Below, in pieces: positions 10,380 through 20,767 of a DNA stretch of 64,000 bases. The stretch comes from Paramoeba atlantica. Lineage: Eukaryota; Protista; Discosea. The notes beneath the pieces were generated by a model. It had not been told where the DNA came from, ran no database searches, and saw nothing but the letters and a program-made list of their open reading frames with translations. The stretch's first letter is position 1. The number at the start of each line of letters is the position of its first letter. The position numbers and the translations under genes are program-made. The stretch covers positions 62,001-126,000 of the forward strand of contig CDRNVI010000067.1 in the NCBI GenBank assembly GCA_977017575.1, read 5' to 3'.

Positions 10380-11531
10380 TTGATTTATCACACACACCCC
10401 ACTCTCCTCCCACTCCCCATGCCAGACGTCACCGCAGAACAAGACGCCTTCTTTTCACTGGCGAAGCAACTCCAAACTGAGCTCTCGGTGCTCCAGGACC
10501 CTCTCTCCCAGCTCCAGTCCCTTCACCAGAGCGCTTCTTCCCTCTCCTCTACCCTTCCTGGTGACTCAGAAAACAGAAGAGAAGAAATTCGAGAAACTGA
10601 GGAGCAAATCCGAACTCAAAGCGACGTCATCCGAACGCACCTACAACAACTTCGTTCACAACATGCAATTTGTGTTTCAAAAGCGGAGAATTCCCCCGGC
10701 GACGCGCGGACTCGTATTCGAGAAAACCAGGAGCGTTTTCTACACCGTCAGTTTCTTGATTGTCTCCGCACCTTCCATGAAACCCAAACTGAGGCGGATC
10801 GTAAACAAAAAGCAAAGTTGGTACGACAACTGAAAACTAAACTTGTGGCCGAAGAAAAAGAAAACAAAATGAGACAACAAGAAATCGATAAAAACCAAAA
10901 CCAAAACAGAAACGAAAAAACCGAAAAGCATCCCAACCCAACCCCCCACAACACTAACCCCACACCAAATCCCAAAAATAGCCCTAAAACCGGAAACTCC
11001 CCTTTCCCTTTCCGTACCTGGTTCACCACCACAAAAACCCAACCCCACCCCAGAACCTCCACGGAAGCCACTTTACCACTTTATGAAACCCAAAACAACC
11101 CAAACAACAACCCAAACAACAACAATAACCACAACCCCAACCCCTCCCCCCCTCTCCCCCCCCTCCCCGTGGACCACCTCCTCCACGCCCCTCCCCCCCA
11201 GCTCTTCGCCCAGTCCCTCCACAAGCTCTCCGAGCTCTCCGGGACCCGCACCGAGGTCCACGCCCTCGAGGCCTCCCTGCGGAGTCTCCACGCCCTCTTC
11301 CACGACCTCTCCACGGTCCTCAGCGACCAGGGGGACTACGTGGAGGACGTCGTCTCGCGGGTGCGGGACACCAACGACTACCTGGAGAGGGGGACCGGGG
11401 AGCTGCGGCGGGCGAAGAGGCTCTCGAGGAGGGGGAGGAGGAGGGCGCTCGGGGTGGTGCTGGTGGTGGGGGTGGTGGTCGTGGTGGGGGTGATGGTGGT
11501 GGTGGGGGTGGTGTCGTTGAGGAGGGGGTAG
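10380..11531 (+). CDS. Syntaxin (Qa-SNARE), plasma-membrane-type
   Basis: Habc-like helical N-terminus, SNARE motif (LEASLRSLHALFHDLSTVLSDQGDYVEDV...GELRRAK) with central Gln, and a C-terminal hydrophobic anchor. The likely start is the ATG at 10419. Confidence 0.9.
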   Translation: MIYHTHPTLLPLPMPDVTAEQDAFFSLAKQLQTELSVLQDPLSQLQSLHQSASSLSSTLPGDSENRREEIRETEEQIRTQSDVIRTHLQQLRSQHAICVSKAENSPGDARTRIRENQERFLHRQFLDCLRTFHETQTEADRKQKAKLVRQLKTKLVAEEKENKMRQQEIDKNQNQNRNEKTEKHPNPTPHNTNPTPNPKNSPKTGNSPFPFRTWFTTTKTQPHPRTSTEATLPLYETQNNPNNNPNNNNNHNPNPSPPLPPLPVDHLLHAPPPQLFAQSLHKLSELSGTRTEVHALEASLRSLHALFHDLSTVLSDQGDYVEDVVSRVRDTNDYLERGTGELRRAKRLSRRGRRRALGVVLVVGVVVVVGVMVVVGVVSLRRG

Positions 11532-12044
11532 GGGGGGTAGGGGGGGCTACGGGGTTACGCAAAGCCAAGAGGTTGTTTTCGAAAAGGACTAAGAGAAGGG
11601 AGCTGGGGGTGGTGGGGGTGGGGGTGGTGTCGTTGAGGAGGGGGTAGGGAGGGGGGAAGAGGGGGGGAGGAGAAGGAGAAAGGAAAAAGGGGGTTCAGGG
11701 GGTTAGGGTTAGGGTAGAGGGGAGGGAAGTGATTTTTGGGAGTTTGTTTTTATTTTTTTCACGTCATTTCAAAGTGTTTGGGACAAAAATACTTTGCTAT
11801 TTGTTTATAGAAGAAAGAGTACGAAAGAGAAAGAAAAAGTGGAGAGTTTCACTCTTGTACACGAAGGAGAAAGGTTTTTGAAGATGGCCACTCGCACACT
11901 GATAATGCATAAAACTCGCACACTGATAATGCATATTTTGAGCAAGCCCTTCGAAAAAAAATTGAGCCCTTCAAAAAAAAATTGAGCCCTTCAAAAAATT
12001 TGGAGAAAGGCCCTTGAAAAAAAACTCTAGAAAAAAAGGCGGAA

Positions 12045-12575
12045 GCCAAGACCTTGTTTACCCTTCTGCAAGATAACAACGTCTGACGTTAGTGGGAAGC
12101 TATTTGCGAAGCCCGACAATTCCACCATACCCAACCCGTAATAAGCCAAGACCTTGTTTACCCGTCTGCAAGATAAAAACGTCTGACGTTAGTGGGAAGC
12201 AATTTGCGAAGCCCAACAATTCCACCATACCCAACCCGTAATAAAGCCAAGACCTTGTTCACCCGTCCGGCTAATAATTTCACCTTTGTTCCCGGTGAGG
12301 CCCCGGAGTTGCGAGAGGCCTCCATACCCCACAACTACCACCTTCCCCCCCTATTTAGCGGGGGTCGCGCGAAAGGTGGTAGTTGTTTTGGGGGAAATGA
12401 GAGGCCGAACGCACGGAGGGGCCGGCTGGGCCAATGAACCTAGATCTTGTTTACCCATTTGTGAAGCCCAACAATTCTACCATACCCCACCCTTAATAAA
12501 GCCAAGACCTTGTTTATCCGTGTGCAAGACAAAAACGTCTGACGTTAGTGGGAAGTAATTTGCGAAGCCCAACCG
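12045..12575. repeat. ~90-bp repeat units plus a GC hairpin block inside the IS30-like element
   Basis: gccaagaccttgtttaccc...gcgaagcccaacaattccaccatacccaac occurs 3-4 times. ACAACTACCACCTT/AAGGTGGTAGTTGT form inverted arms. The same modules occur reversed at 1085-1197, 2775-3050 and 3290-3376. Confidence 0.85.
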
Positions 12576-12864
12576 TCTGCAAGGTAAAATAGAAATGGAA
12601 AGCCCATTCTACGAATCGGAAATATGCAGTTGAAGGAAAGTTGGTAAAACTCAAAATTGGAAGAATTTATTATGTAACCCATGCCGCTTTCAAGGGAGTC
12701 ACATCTTATGCAGAAGAGAAGAACCCGCCCAGCTTGGAGTTGAGTAGATGTCCAAACATGTTTAAAAATTGTATACGCACGTAAAGAGTGAAATACGCAC
12801 ATGGAAGAGTGAAATACGCACATAAAAAGCGCTAGAGAAAGGGACTGATGGGTCCTTCGGAGAT

Positions 12865-13881
12865 TCAAGAGGACTCTTGGGAACTGTCGACCAAAAATTG
12901 TGGGCGAGTTTTCCGAAGAATTTCTACGATCTCAGATGGCGATTGTTCTTGGAGCACTTCTTTTGGTCGAGCATTTATATCCCGCGAAACGGAGTCAAGA
13001 TCCTTCTGCGAGATGTCACTAAACAAACGTCGTTTCGGGTAGAAATCTCGTACTACGCCGTTGAAATTTTCAACACCCCCCTTCTCCCAACTTGCATACG
13101 GTTTACAAAAATACGAAGAGCAATTAAGCGACTGATTTACTTTCTCGTGTTTTGCAAACTCGGTTCCGTTATCATATGTTATGGAGTGAACCAAGAAACC
13201 TTGAAGAGCACTGGTTATGTTTTCAGCGACCAGTGCCGATTTCTTGCATGTGAGCTTCTTTAGTATCCCGAACCGACTCTTTCGCTCAACCAAGGTGAGG
13301 AAGAATCCGCTGTGTCTTGTGCCTTCTATAAGGTCACATTCCCAATCGCCGTATCGCTCCCGATTGTTAACAATATTCGGTCGCTCCTCAATGTCGGTGC
13401 GATTCGGAATACCGGTACGGTTGGTTCCCCGACGGCGACGTTGACCACGTCTTCCTCCACGGCGCAGACAACTCTCCAAGTTCCCATGTTGACCATCATC
13501 CCGCTTGATAAACCCGTATATTGACGTTCGGGATACTTTAATATCATCTTCTTTGCGCAAGACTACTGTAATTTGCTGGGGGCTAAAGCGCCTGCGTAGG
13601 AGAGACACGACTTTGTCTTTAATCTCTCCTTTAATCATGCATGGGCGCGGCTGGCGTTTCAGCATGGACTGCTTCGCTGCTCGTTCAGCGCGCCTGGCAC
13701 TGTACGTATCATTTCGAAGTCCGCGTGCGAGTTTCCGGCTCAGAGAGGATTGATTCATATTCAATTTCGCAGCAATTTGGACTTGGGTGAAATTCTGTTG
13801 ATTGTAAAGCACCTCAATCATGGTGCGGTCCTCTGAATCTATACGTTGACTTCGTGGTTCACTCATACTAAAATGCAACAA
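12865..13881 (-). CDS. IS30-family DDE transposase, intact (likely start MSEPR at 13866)
   Basis: N-terminal HTH (TQVQIAAKLNMNQSSLSRKL), FSPQQI, IEERP, GDWECDLIEG, LVERKSRF, ITYDNGTEF, CKPYASWEKGGVENFNG and INARP. There are 33 residues between the second D and the E. Confidence 0.93.
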   Translation of the reverse strand: MLHFSMSEPRSQRIDSEDRTMIEVLYNQQNFTQVQIAAKLNMNQSSLSRKLARGLRNDTYSARRAERAAKQSMLKRQPRPCMIKGEIKDKVVSLLRRRFSPQQITVVLRKEDDIKVSRTSIYGFIKRDDGQHGNLESCLRRGGRRGQRRRRGTNRTGIPNRTDIEERPNIVNNRERYGDWECDLIEGTRHSGFFLTLVERKSRFGILKKLTCKKSALVAENITSALQGFLVHSITYDNGTEFAKHEKVNQSLNCSSYFCKPYASWEKGGVENFNGVVRDFYPKRRLFSDISQKDLDSVSRDINARPKEVLQEQSPSEIVEILRKTRPQFLVDSSQESS

Positions 13882-13921
13882 AAATTATCAAAAAAAACAG
13901 TCTTTGTGTTAATATAGGCTT

Positions 13922-14420
13922 CATGCATTATCAGTGTGCATTATGCGTTATCAGTGTGCATTATGCATTATCAGTGTGCATTATGCATTATCAGTGTGCA
14001 TTATGCATTATCAGTGTGCATTATGCGTTATCAGTGTGCATTATGCATTATCAGTGTGCATTATGCATTATCAGTGTGCATTATGCATTATCAGTGTGCA
14101 TTATGCATTATCAGTGTGCATTATGCATTATCAGTGTGCGAGTTACTATGCATTATCAGTGTGCCTATATGCATTATCAGTGTGCCTATATGCATTATCA
14201 GTGTGCCTATATGCATTATCAGTGTGTATTATGCATTATCAGTGTGCATTATGCATTATCAGTGTGCATTATGCATTATCAGTGTGCGAGTTTTATGCAT
14301 TATCAGTGTGCCTATATGCATTATCAGTGTGCCTATATGCATTATCAGTGTGCCTATATGCATTATCAGTGTGCATTATGCAATATTAGTGTGCGAGTTT
14401 TATGCGTTATCAGTGTGCGG
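13922..14420. repeat. 20-bp tandem satellite (TGCATTATCAGTGTGCATTA), about 25 copies
   Basis: A reverse-complement variant of the 2150-2675 unit. It forms the right end of the IS30-like element. Confidence 0.95.
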
Positions 14421-14918
14421 GTGCCATGTAGATCTTCAAATGTTTTTTGACGACTCAAGTTTTCTTTGCCATTTGTTGACTTGAGTGTTTGGAAACCTTT
14501 TTACCCACTCCCAGAAGGAGGTTTAGAGGGCTGAAACCTTTCTAAATTTGCCTGAATTTGCCTAAATTTGCTTTAGAAGTCGTCCATCAAAAAAATCTTT
14601 TACTAGGTAGAACTTTACTAGCTAAAAAACATTTACTAGGTATTCTCCTTTTTTAAACTACATACCTGAGGGGCTGCGGGTCGCGGGTTCGGTGCGGGTT
14701 CGGCGCGGGTTGAAAAAAAATCCTCTGAAAGCATGCGAAATTAGTCGGAGCTGCAGACATTGAAGGAGAAAAATAGTTAGATCGAAGGAGAAATCATAAT
14801 GTGCGACATACATAGTGTACATAATATACGATAATAACAAAAATTCATAAGCCATGTATACGATATGACTACGTAGTTTACATTTCGCAATTCATGGAAA
14901 ACGACTAGATACTTAATT

Positions 14919-16013
14919 TTATTTAGTTTTTGATCCATGCTGTGGTTTCTTGGGAACATATCCCACATCGTATATGTGTTCTTTGAGCCAATCCCTCCGT
15001 TCATCAATCGGTTTGACTAAACCACACCCTTTGCTACACCAACAAAAAGATGAGTCATCGATATTTTGTAAGTGTACATTTATTTCACTACCAAAGTCGT
15101 ACTGGGGTTCTGATGCAAGCAAACCATACACTGCAACAGATACAATCTGAACGGCATCCTTTACCCACGTAATATCGTGATCCGTTCCATGACAAAAACG
15201 AAATTTATCGAAATGAGCGAAACAACGCTCGATTCTTGAACGAATCCAAGAATGCATGCGGTTGAACCGATCCTGGTGTTCATCAAGGCAACCTTTGCGT
15301 GGTGCCTTGAATGGAACAAAACAGTGGTTGCAATCCACGTATCCTAGATCCGCCAAAAACATTTCATCATGATGGTCAAAAAGAAATGTTCCGTGCGTGG
15401 TTCTTTCTTTATAAATTTTCGCATCATGTACACTGCCCGGAACGGGTCCGCGAAAAAAAATAGGGACTCCGGCAAGCGTAAGCCAGAACTCCACTTTAAA
15501 ACAGTGTTCCCTGTGCTTGCCGGAGTAGGTCGCATCTTTTTTTCTCATTTCCTGAGAGGCTTCGTCCCATATGTCCCGCGGCTTCCTTGCACGACATGGG
15601 ATTGTCGTGACGTCCATCATACATGTCACGTCAGACATCCAAGATACCCCATGCTTGAAACGAAGTTTTGGATTCATTAAAGCAGGAGAGCGGCAAAGAT
15701 CAGCGATGCGGCTAAAGTCATCGCGGAGAGTCCTGATGGATAGAGGAGGAGTTTCGGGAGCAATCCACATGGGCTGTAAATCATACAGTTGTTCCCATGT
15801 GCAGTTCAAAGCGCACATAGCTAAGGAAAAGCTAAGGCGTCTGAGATCAGTGTCCGTGGCGACAAGAGGACTTGCTCTCTGTAGCTCAAGAAAAAAATCT
15901 GTGAGTTGCTCTCTGGTAATGCCGTACATGATAGAATTGCAGGATAAAATATCGCCTAGAGAGAAACCAAAAAGTAAGATGACATTCATGGGTAAGATAC
16001 CTAACTTATTCAT
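14919..16013 (-). CDS. PIF/Harbinger (IS5-like) DDE transposase
   Basis: MMDVTTIP...YSGKHREHCFKV, GPVPGSVHDAKIY, FLADLGY, PFKAP and FNRMHSWIRSRIERCFAHF. The start region carries a 46-bp tandem duplication (about 15977-16067). Confidence 0.9.
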   Translation of the reverse strand: MNKLGILPMNVILLFGFSLGDILSCNSIMYGITREQLTDFFLELQRASPLVATDTDLRRLSFSLAMCALNCTWEQLYDLQPMWIAPETPPLSIRTLRDDFSRIADLCRSPALMNPKLRFKHGVSWMSDVTCMMDVTTIPCRARKPRDIWDEASQEMRKKDATYSGKHREHCFKVEFWLTLAGVPIFFRGPVPGSVHDAKIYKERTTHGTFLFDHHDEMFLADLGYVDCNHCFVPFKAPRKGCLDEHQDRFNRMHSWIRSRIERCFAHFDKFRFCHGTDHDITWVKDAVQIVSVAVYGLLASEPQYDFGSEINVHLQNIDDSSFCWCSKGCGLVKPIDERRDWLKEHIYDVGYVPKKPQHGSKTK

Positions 16014-16213
16014 GATACATATAAGATGACATTCATGGGTAAGATACCTAACTTATTCATGATACAAGATGCATGATATCTAAAAAAAGAATGATATATA
16101 AAGGTTAGCACTTCAAACTTCAAAAAAAACGAGCTTATCACTTCTCTTGAATTACAACTCTTTTTCTCTTACGTACGCTTTGTGGGGGAAACGTTCGCTT
16201 CTGCGAGGGAAAA

Positions 16214-16872
16214 CTAAAGGGAAGGAAAGCGCACCACGCGAGAGGAACGTGGCTTCAAAGAGGCTTCCCCAAGCGAAGGTTGAGGGAGCGAGGAAGGTTG
16301 AGTGCGCAAGTTGGGTGAAGAGATCACCGTAGAAGAAAGGGATTCCTCTGCTACGTTTTCTTTACCCTGGCCACTCTTCCGTTTGCGCCACAGAGTGCAT
16401 GATCTGGAACGCTTTCCTGAAACAGAACGCCACACGTTCTCCACGAACTCCCCCACAGCTCCTTCATGAGGAGGGGCGTAGAGAGGGTTCTGTTCCAAGA
16501 AAGCTTCTAGATCACGCGTCGCCTCTGCAAGGAAGTAGACCCCTCGTGGCAGACAATCCAAGAGAAGGTGTCCTCGGCGCTCCACAAGGTGGAAGATGAC
16601 ACGCTGCAGCACTTGGGAGCTAACCTCCACGCCACACACAGAGTAGCTGGACAGAGTAGCTGTCCATCGTGCGCGATATGCGCCTCTTACATTCTTCCAC
16701 CTTGGCTCCCAACTCCTCCTCAGTGATAACGAGCGCTGGGGGGGCGAAAGGAGTTTTGCGCTTCGTGAAGGTGCGCATAAGCGATGCGACAATGACGTCG
16801 TATACGTCATCATCCCTCGCAGATGTTACCTTCATACGTGAAGTGAAATCTTCGTTGCTCTCAACAGGGCTC
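16214..16872 (-). pseudogene. Second ORF of the Harbinger element, frameshifted by a 13-bp duplication
   Basis: Removing one copy from cacagagtagctg-gacagagtagctg (about 16638-16662) fuses the two listed ORFs into about 215 aa (MMSPVES...MDSYSVCGVEV...RFPSL). Confidence 0.6.
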
Positions 16873-16908
16873 ATCATATTAAAAGGAGGATAATGTAAAA
16901 GAATTATG

Positions 16909-18100
16909 GGTGAAAGTGAAGCATTATTGCGCCAAAAAAAATATTTTTTATGTTTTTTAAATATTGATTTGAAACAAATGTGTTTTCTTTTAGAGTGTCT
17001 CAAATCAATAAAAACACAATTTTTTTTCACGGTTTCTCACTATGAACTGCGCTCGTTGCAATGATTTCGCGTGTACTGACACTTTTTCCTATAGTCTGCT
17101 CAGTTCAACGGAGGAATCTCGCGTTGTTGAATGGATGAAGAACCATGGACTCTTGTACAAAGCAGTTACTTGCGCGAAACAGCATGCTCCTCTCCCTTGC
17201 AACCTTGTAGGAGAGCACTGGATATGCCCTGAGAGGAAAAAATGCCGAGGAAAACTCTACTACCTACAACCTCTTCTTACTGCATTTAAGCGACGAACAG
17301 CAAAACAGGTGCTTCACGTTCTTTACGGAATGAGCTGTCGCAACGGACGGGAACAAATTGCGTTAGAATGTCAGCTTAGCGCTCGAACAGTAACGAACAT
17401 ATCCCACATACTGGAGTCCATGATTTCTCATGCCCATGACATTCGCACTATAGAAGCGGCTGGAACAATAAATCATATGCAAAAAGACGAAACATGCTTC
17501 TCAACGCAAAAAAAGGGGGCAGCTACAAACCACGTCGCGTCCGTAAGAATGGGTCACAATGGGTGCATGTGATTACAAGTACTACGAGAAATCAGAAAGC
17601 GAAGGAAATATTTGTAAGCCCTCTGGAAAATCGAAGTGCTGAGAGTCTGAATACACAAGTCATTGAGTTGTCTGCTGGGAGCCGGGCCGTGGCGCGCACT
17701 GATTGCTGGCGAGCGAGTCGTTCCCTCGGAAACGACTTGCGGCATGAGACAGTAAATCATCGACGATTTTGGGTGGACCCCAACACTGGTGTACACACCA
17801 ACACTGTTGAACGCATGAACGGGATGCTCAAGAAAGAAGTGGGAATGGGACCCTTGGGTGCTTTGATGAAGAAAGGGAAGATCGGATAAAGTTCAGTGGA
17901 GAAGTTGTGAATGGTCGTCTGAAGATTGGAAATAGCGAGGGGCACCCAATAAGACGACTGTATGAAGACCTCAAATTAGTTTGCAGACTCGGCTTTCTGG
18001 AAGTGAAACCATAAGAAATAAGTAGTAGCGGTCGAAAAATAGAAAATTGAAAAACCTTTACTTTTTTTCAAAAAAGGCACAATAATGCTTCACTTTGACC
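16909..18100 (+). mobile_element. Merlin (IS1595/ISXO2-like) transposon with a frameshifted transposase (17042-18014)
   Basis: 25-bp TIR GGT(G/C)AAAGTGAAGCATTATTG(C/T)GCC and a perfect 8-bp TSD GAATTATG. Motifs include N-terminal Cys motifs, KDETCF, RTDCW and TVNHRRFWVDPNTGVHTNTVE. Confidence 0.92.
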
Positions 18101-19004
18101 GAATTATGCATGTATTGTGGAGGGTATATTAATTGTACATTTGATTTGTGTAATGCATACACCGTTCGTATACAGCACCGTATACAGCGTACATCGTATT
18201 TTCACAGTAGTACGGTAACAAACTAAAAAAACTACACTTTAAACTACTTTGTACGTGTACAATCCATTTTTTTGGGCTAAAATAGATCTCGTTCGACCTC
18301 AAATGCAAAGCGCGGGTTCGGTGCGGGTTCGGTGCGGGTTCGGTGATGCACACCCGCAGCCCCTCACCTGTATAATAATTGACTTCTCTGACATTGGCTT
18401 CTTTGTTGTCTGTGTTTTCTGTTTTCTTAAGGTGTATGTTCGACTACGACCTTCCTCCGAGCAACGATGAATACGTGGATGACGGTCCTGATTCTCCTGA
18501 TTCTGAGAGGTACTTGACCTTGAGAAAGTGGGTGGCGTACTCTATTCAAGAAACGTTCGGCATGCCATTAAAAAGGTAACAAAAGTTGCGAGTTGAAATA
18601 GAAGAAATGCGTAATGAAATTTCGATCCTGCGCAAAAAGGTGCTACGTCTTGAAATTTAAAATTTGAATTCGTCTGTAAAGCAGACGAACTGTGTCGAAA
18701 CTGAAGCAGTTTCCAAGAAGCGAAAGCCATATGATTTAGCTGGCCTCTAATGTAGATCTTAATGAGAAAGTTTATAAAGTTCTTATGTTTTATAAAAAGT
18801 GAAAAGGAAGCCTTATAAAGCGTCTTGTAAAACGCGTTGTACGCTAGCTGGCGTAGTGGTTGGGGGATAAAAAAAATAGAAAAAAGAATATTAATTTTGT
18901 TCAATCATTACTTTACGCGTCATGATACCTCCGAATAAGACAGAATCTTAGCAGAAAGAGAAATCGTAAGGAATTACTTGATTTTAAGCGTACTTCTAAT
19001 ATGG

Positions 19005-19290
19005 ATACCGTATACCCCCCCAGTAAGGTACCTCCCCCCCCAGTAAGAGAGATTTGGCCCTTTTTGGGCTGACCCCCAGTAAGAGAGATTTGGTTCGGAA
19101 GCCCCGCAGGAGGCGTATAGGGGGTAGGGGGTGGGTGTCTGCATGTTGGGGGCCTCGGGGGTAACCCAAAGAAGCGTTTTAACACGTTTTCAGAAGAAAA
19201 AATGGAAAAAATGGTCAAAAAAATTGGGAGAAAAGAGGAAACTGGCCAAAAAAGCATACCCACCCCCTCCAGTAAGAGAGATTTTCCCCG
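19005..19290. repeat. MITE-like repeat with TACCGTATACCCCCCAGTAA end and repeated CCCCAGTAAGAGAGATTTGG
   Basis: Related to 8534-8826, 31560-31630 and 48155-48455. Confidence 0.6.
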
Positions 19291-19987
19291 CCTAAAATTT
19301 TCCAACTGTATTCCTCACCAGTACCCAATAGGGCGCCACAAAATTTGCCCGAATTTGCCTGAATTTGCTTTACTCAGTTTCAGCCCTCTTATTGAGGTAG
19401 CAGAGGGAGAAATGTAGAAACTTGTGGATGTAAGGCAAGGAAATGTGCGCTGCGGTGTAGGGTAGTACTGGTGAAGCACAAGTAAAAGCACAAAAAGAAA
19501 CCGAGCGTTTGTTGTACGGGGGTGAGAAGGAAAAAATTATGTGAGATTGGCTGGTAGGCAGCGGGTAGGTTTGTCGATGCATGACATTCTTATTGGTTGC
19601 TTTGGATAATTAATGGGTGGAAACGCAGTGGGAAGGACTCGAAGCTGCTACGTGATCAAACAGTATGAAAGAAGCTTTAGCTTATTTACATCCTGTATCG
19701 CTCGTGCGGCTAAAAATTGGCCCTAAAAAATCGAGAGAGTCCGAATCCCGCTTATATGCCTCGTTCCTGGGGCAGGGAAATGGATACATGCAGACTTATC
19801 TTTTAGCATTTTGCTTGATCTAACCGTAATTACTGTATGTATGTAGCTTATAAAAAACGTAGAAAAAGCTTAGTGGCAAAGTGCTTGTTGACACACAATT
19901 CACACTTGATCTAGAATCATACCAAAACATGATGAATTCCAAAACTTGAACTTCTCTTTGTGCTATAAATTTATTTGATCTGAAACT

Positions 19988-20611
19988 ATGATTCACATGT
20001 TTTCTTTGCACCTACTTTGCAATAGTGTGGATAATTCTGCGACTTCAGTTTCACGTGCAGCAAAGGTAAGGGGCACGTTTCTCCCCCAGGAACACGAACT
20101 CGCAAAGTTCATTAGTGATGTTGGAAATCCACGTGAGTCCTGGAGTACTGCCACACCTGTATGTGAGTGGGATGGCGCGAAATGCGATAAACAAGGCGAA
20201 ATTATAGATATCAGTTGGGCTTATCGAGAGCTACGTGGAATATTACATTGGCAACATTTACCGCGGTCTGTCACATTTCTAGATATCTCCTACAACCATC
20301 TCAGCGGTAGTGTCGACTTTTCCGCATTGCCTCGAGGCTTGCGAAATTTGTGGGTGCATTCCAATGCTTTTAGTGGAGAACTACATTTCGAACATCTTCC
20401 TCCTAATATTAGAGTTTTAAATATATCAAGTTGTGACTTCAGCGGTTTTGCGAATTTTTCTTATCTTCAACATTCGTCCCTTGCACAGTTGGGTTCATAC
20501 CTTCAGCTAAAAGGGAATCCCAGACTACAGAGATCTTTGTCTAAAAAAGCTGTTCCGAAATGTGCGTGGTGGGATATACCGAACTCATGGCTCACGGACC
20601 AAATAGGTTGA
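19988..20611 (+). CDS. LRR protein, subfamily A (207 aa)
   Basis: Leader SRAAKVRGTFLPQE, a CEWDGAKC cap, and 23-aa repeats of the type LPxxLxxLxxxxNxFSGxLxFxx. Confidence 0.85.
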   Translation: MIHMFSLHLLCNSVDNSATSVSRAAKVRGTFLPQEHELAKFISDVGNPRESWSTATPVCEWDGAKCDKQGEIIDISWAYRELRGILHWQHLPRSVTFLDISYNHLSGSVDFSALPRGLRNLWVHSNAFSGELHFEHLPPNIRVLNISSCDFSGFANFSYLQHSSLAQLGSYLQLKGNPRLQRSLSKKAVPKCAWWDIPNSWLTDQIG

Positions 20612-20767
20612 TGATTTTTTCGCGGACTGATTCGTGTGAAATATTTTTTCATCTGTATGCTTTCGGCTAATATGATTTTGTCTCACCAATAACTGGCTTT
20701 AGGCACAATACGTGGTTCTAGGCACAATAACTAAATATTGGAAAAAACCGAAAAAAAGACTAAAATA

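Larger units (their letters stand above)
11886..14425 (-). mobile_element. IS30-like element, 2540 bp, with satellite-expanded inverted ends and a 2-bp (AT) target duplication
   Basis: Left end GGCCACTCGCACACTGATAATGCATAAAACTCGCAC matches the right-end reverse complement GGCACCCGCACACTGATAACGCATAAAACTCGCAC over about 50 bp. AT lies immediately outside both ends. Confidence 0.8.
14667..18366 (-). mobile_element. Inner two-ORF PIF/Harbinger element
   Basis: 15-bp TIR TGAGGGGCTGCGGGT/ACCCGCAGCCCCTCA with GCGGGTTCGGT subterminal repeats. It encloses the DDE ORF and a second ORF. No clean target duplication is visible. Confidence 0.75.
14526..19388. mobile_element. Outer PIF/Harbinger-type non-autonomous element
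   Basis: 12-bp TIR GAGGGCTGAAAC/GTTTCAGCCCTC with TTA on both sides. Subterminal AATTTGCC repeats occur near both ends. Confidence 0.75.
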
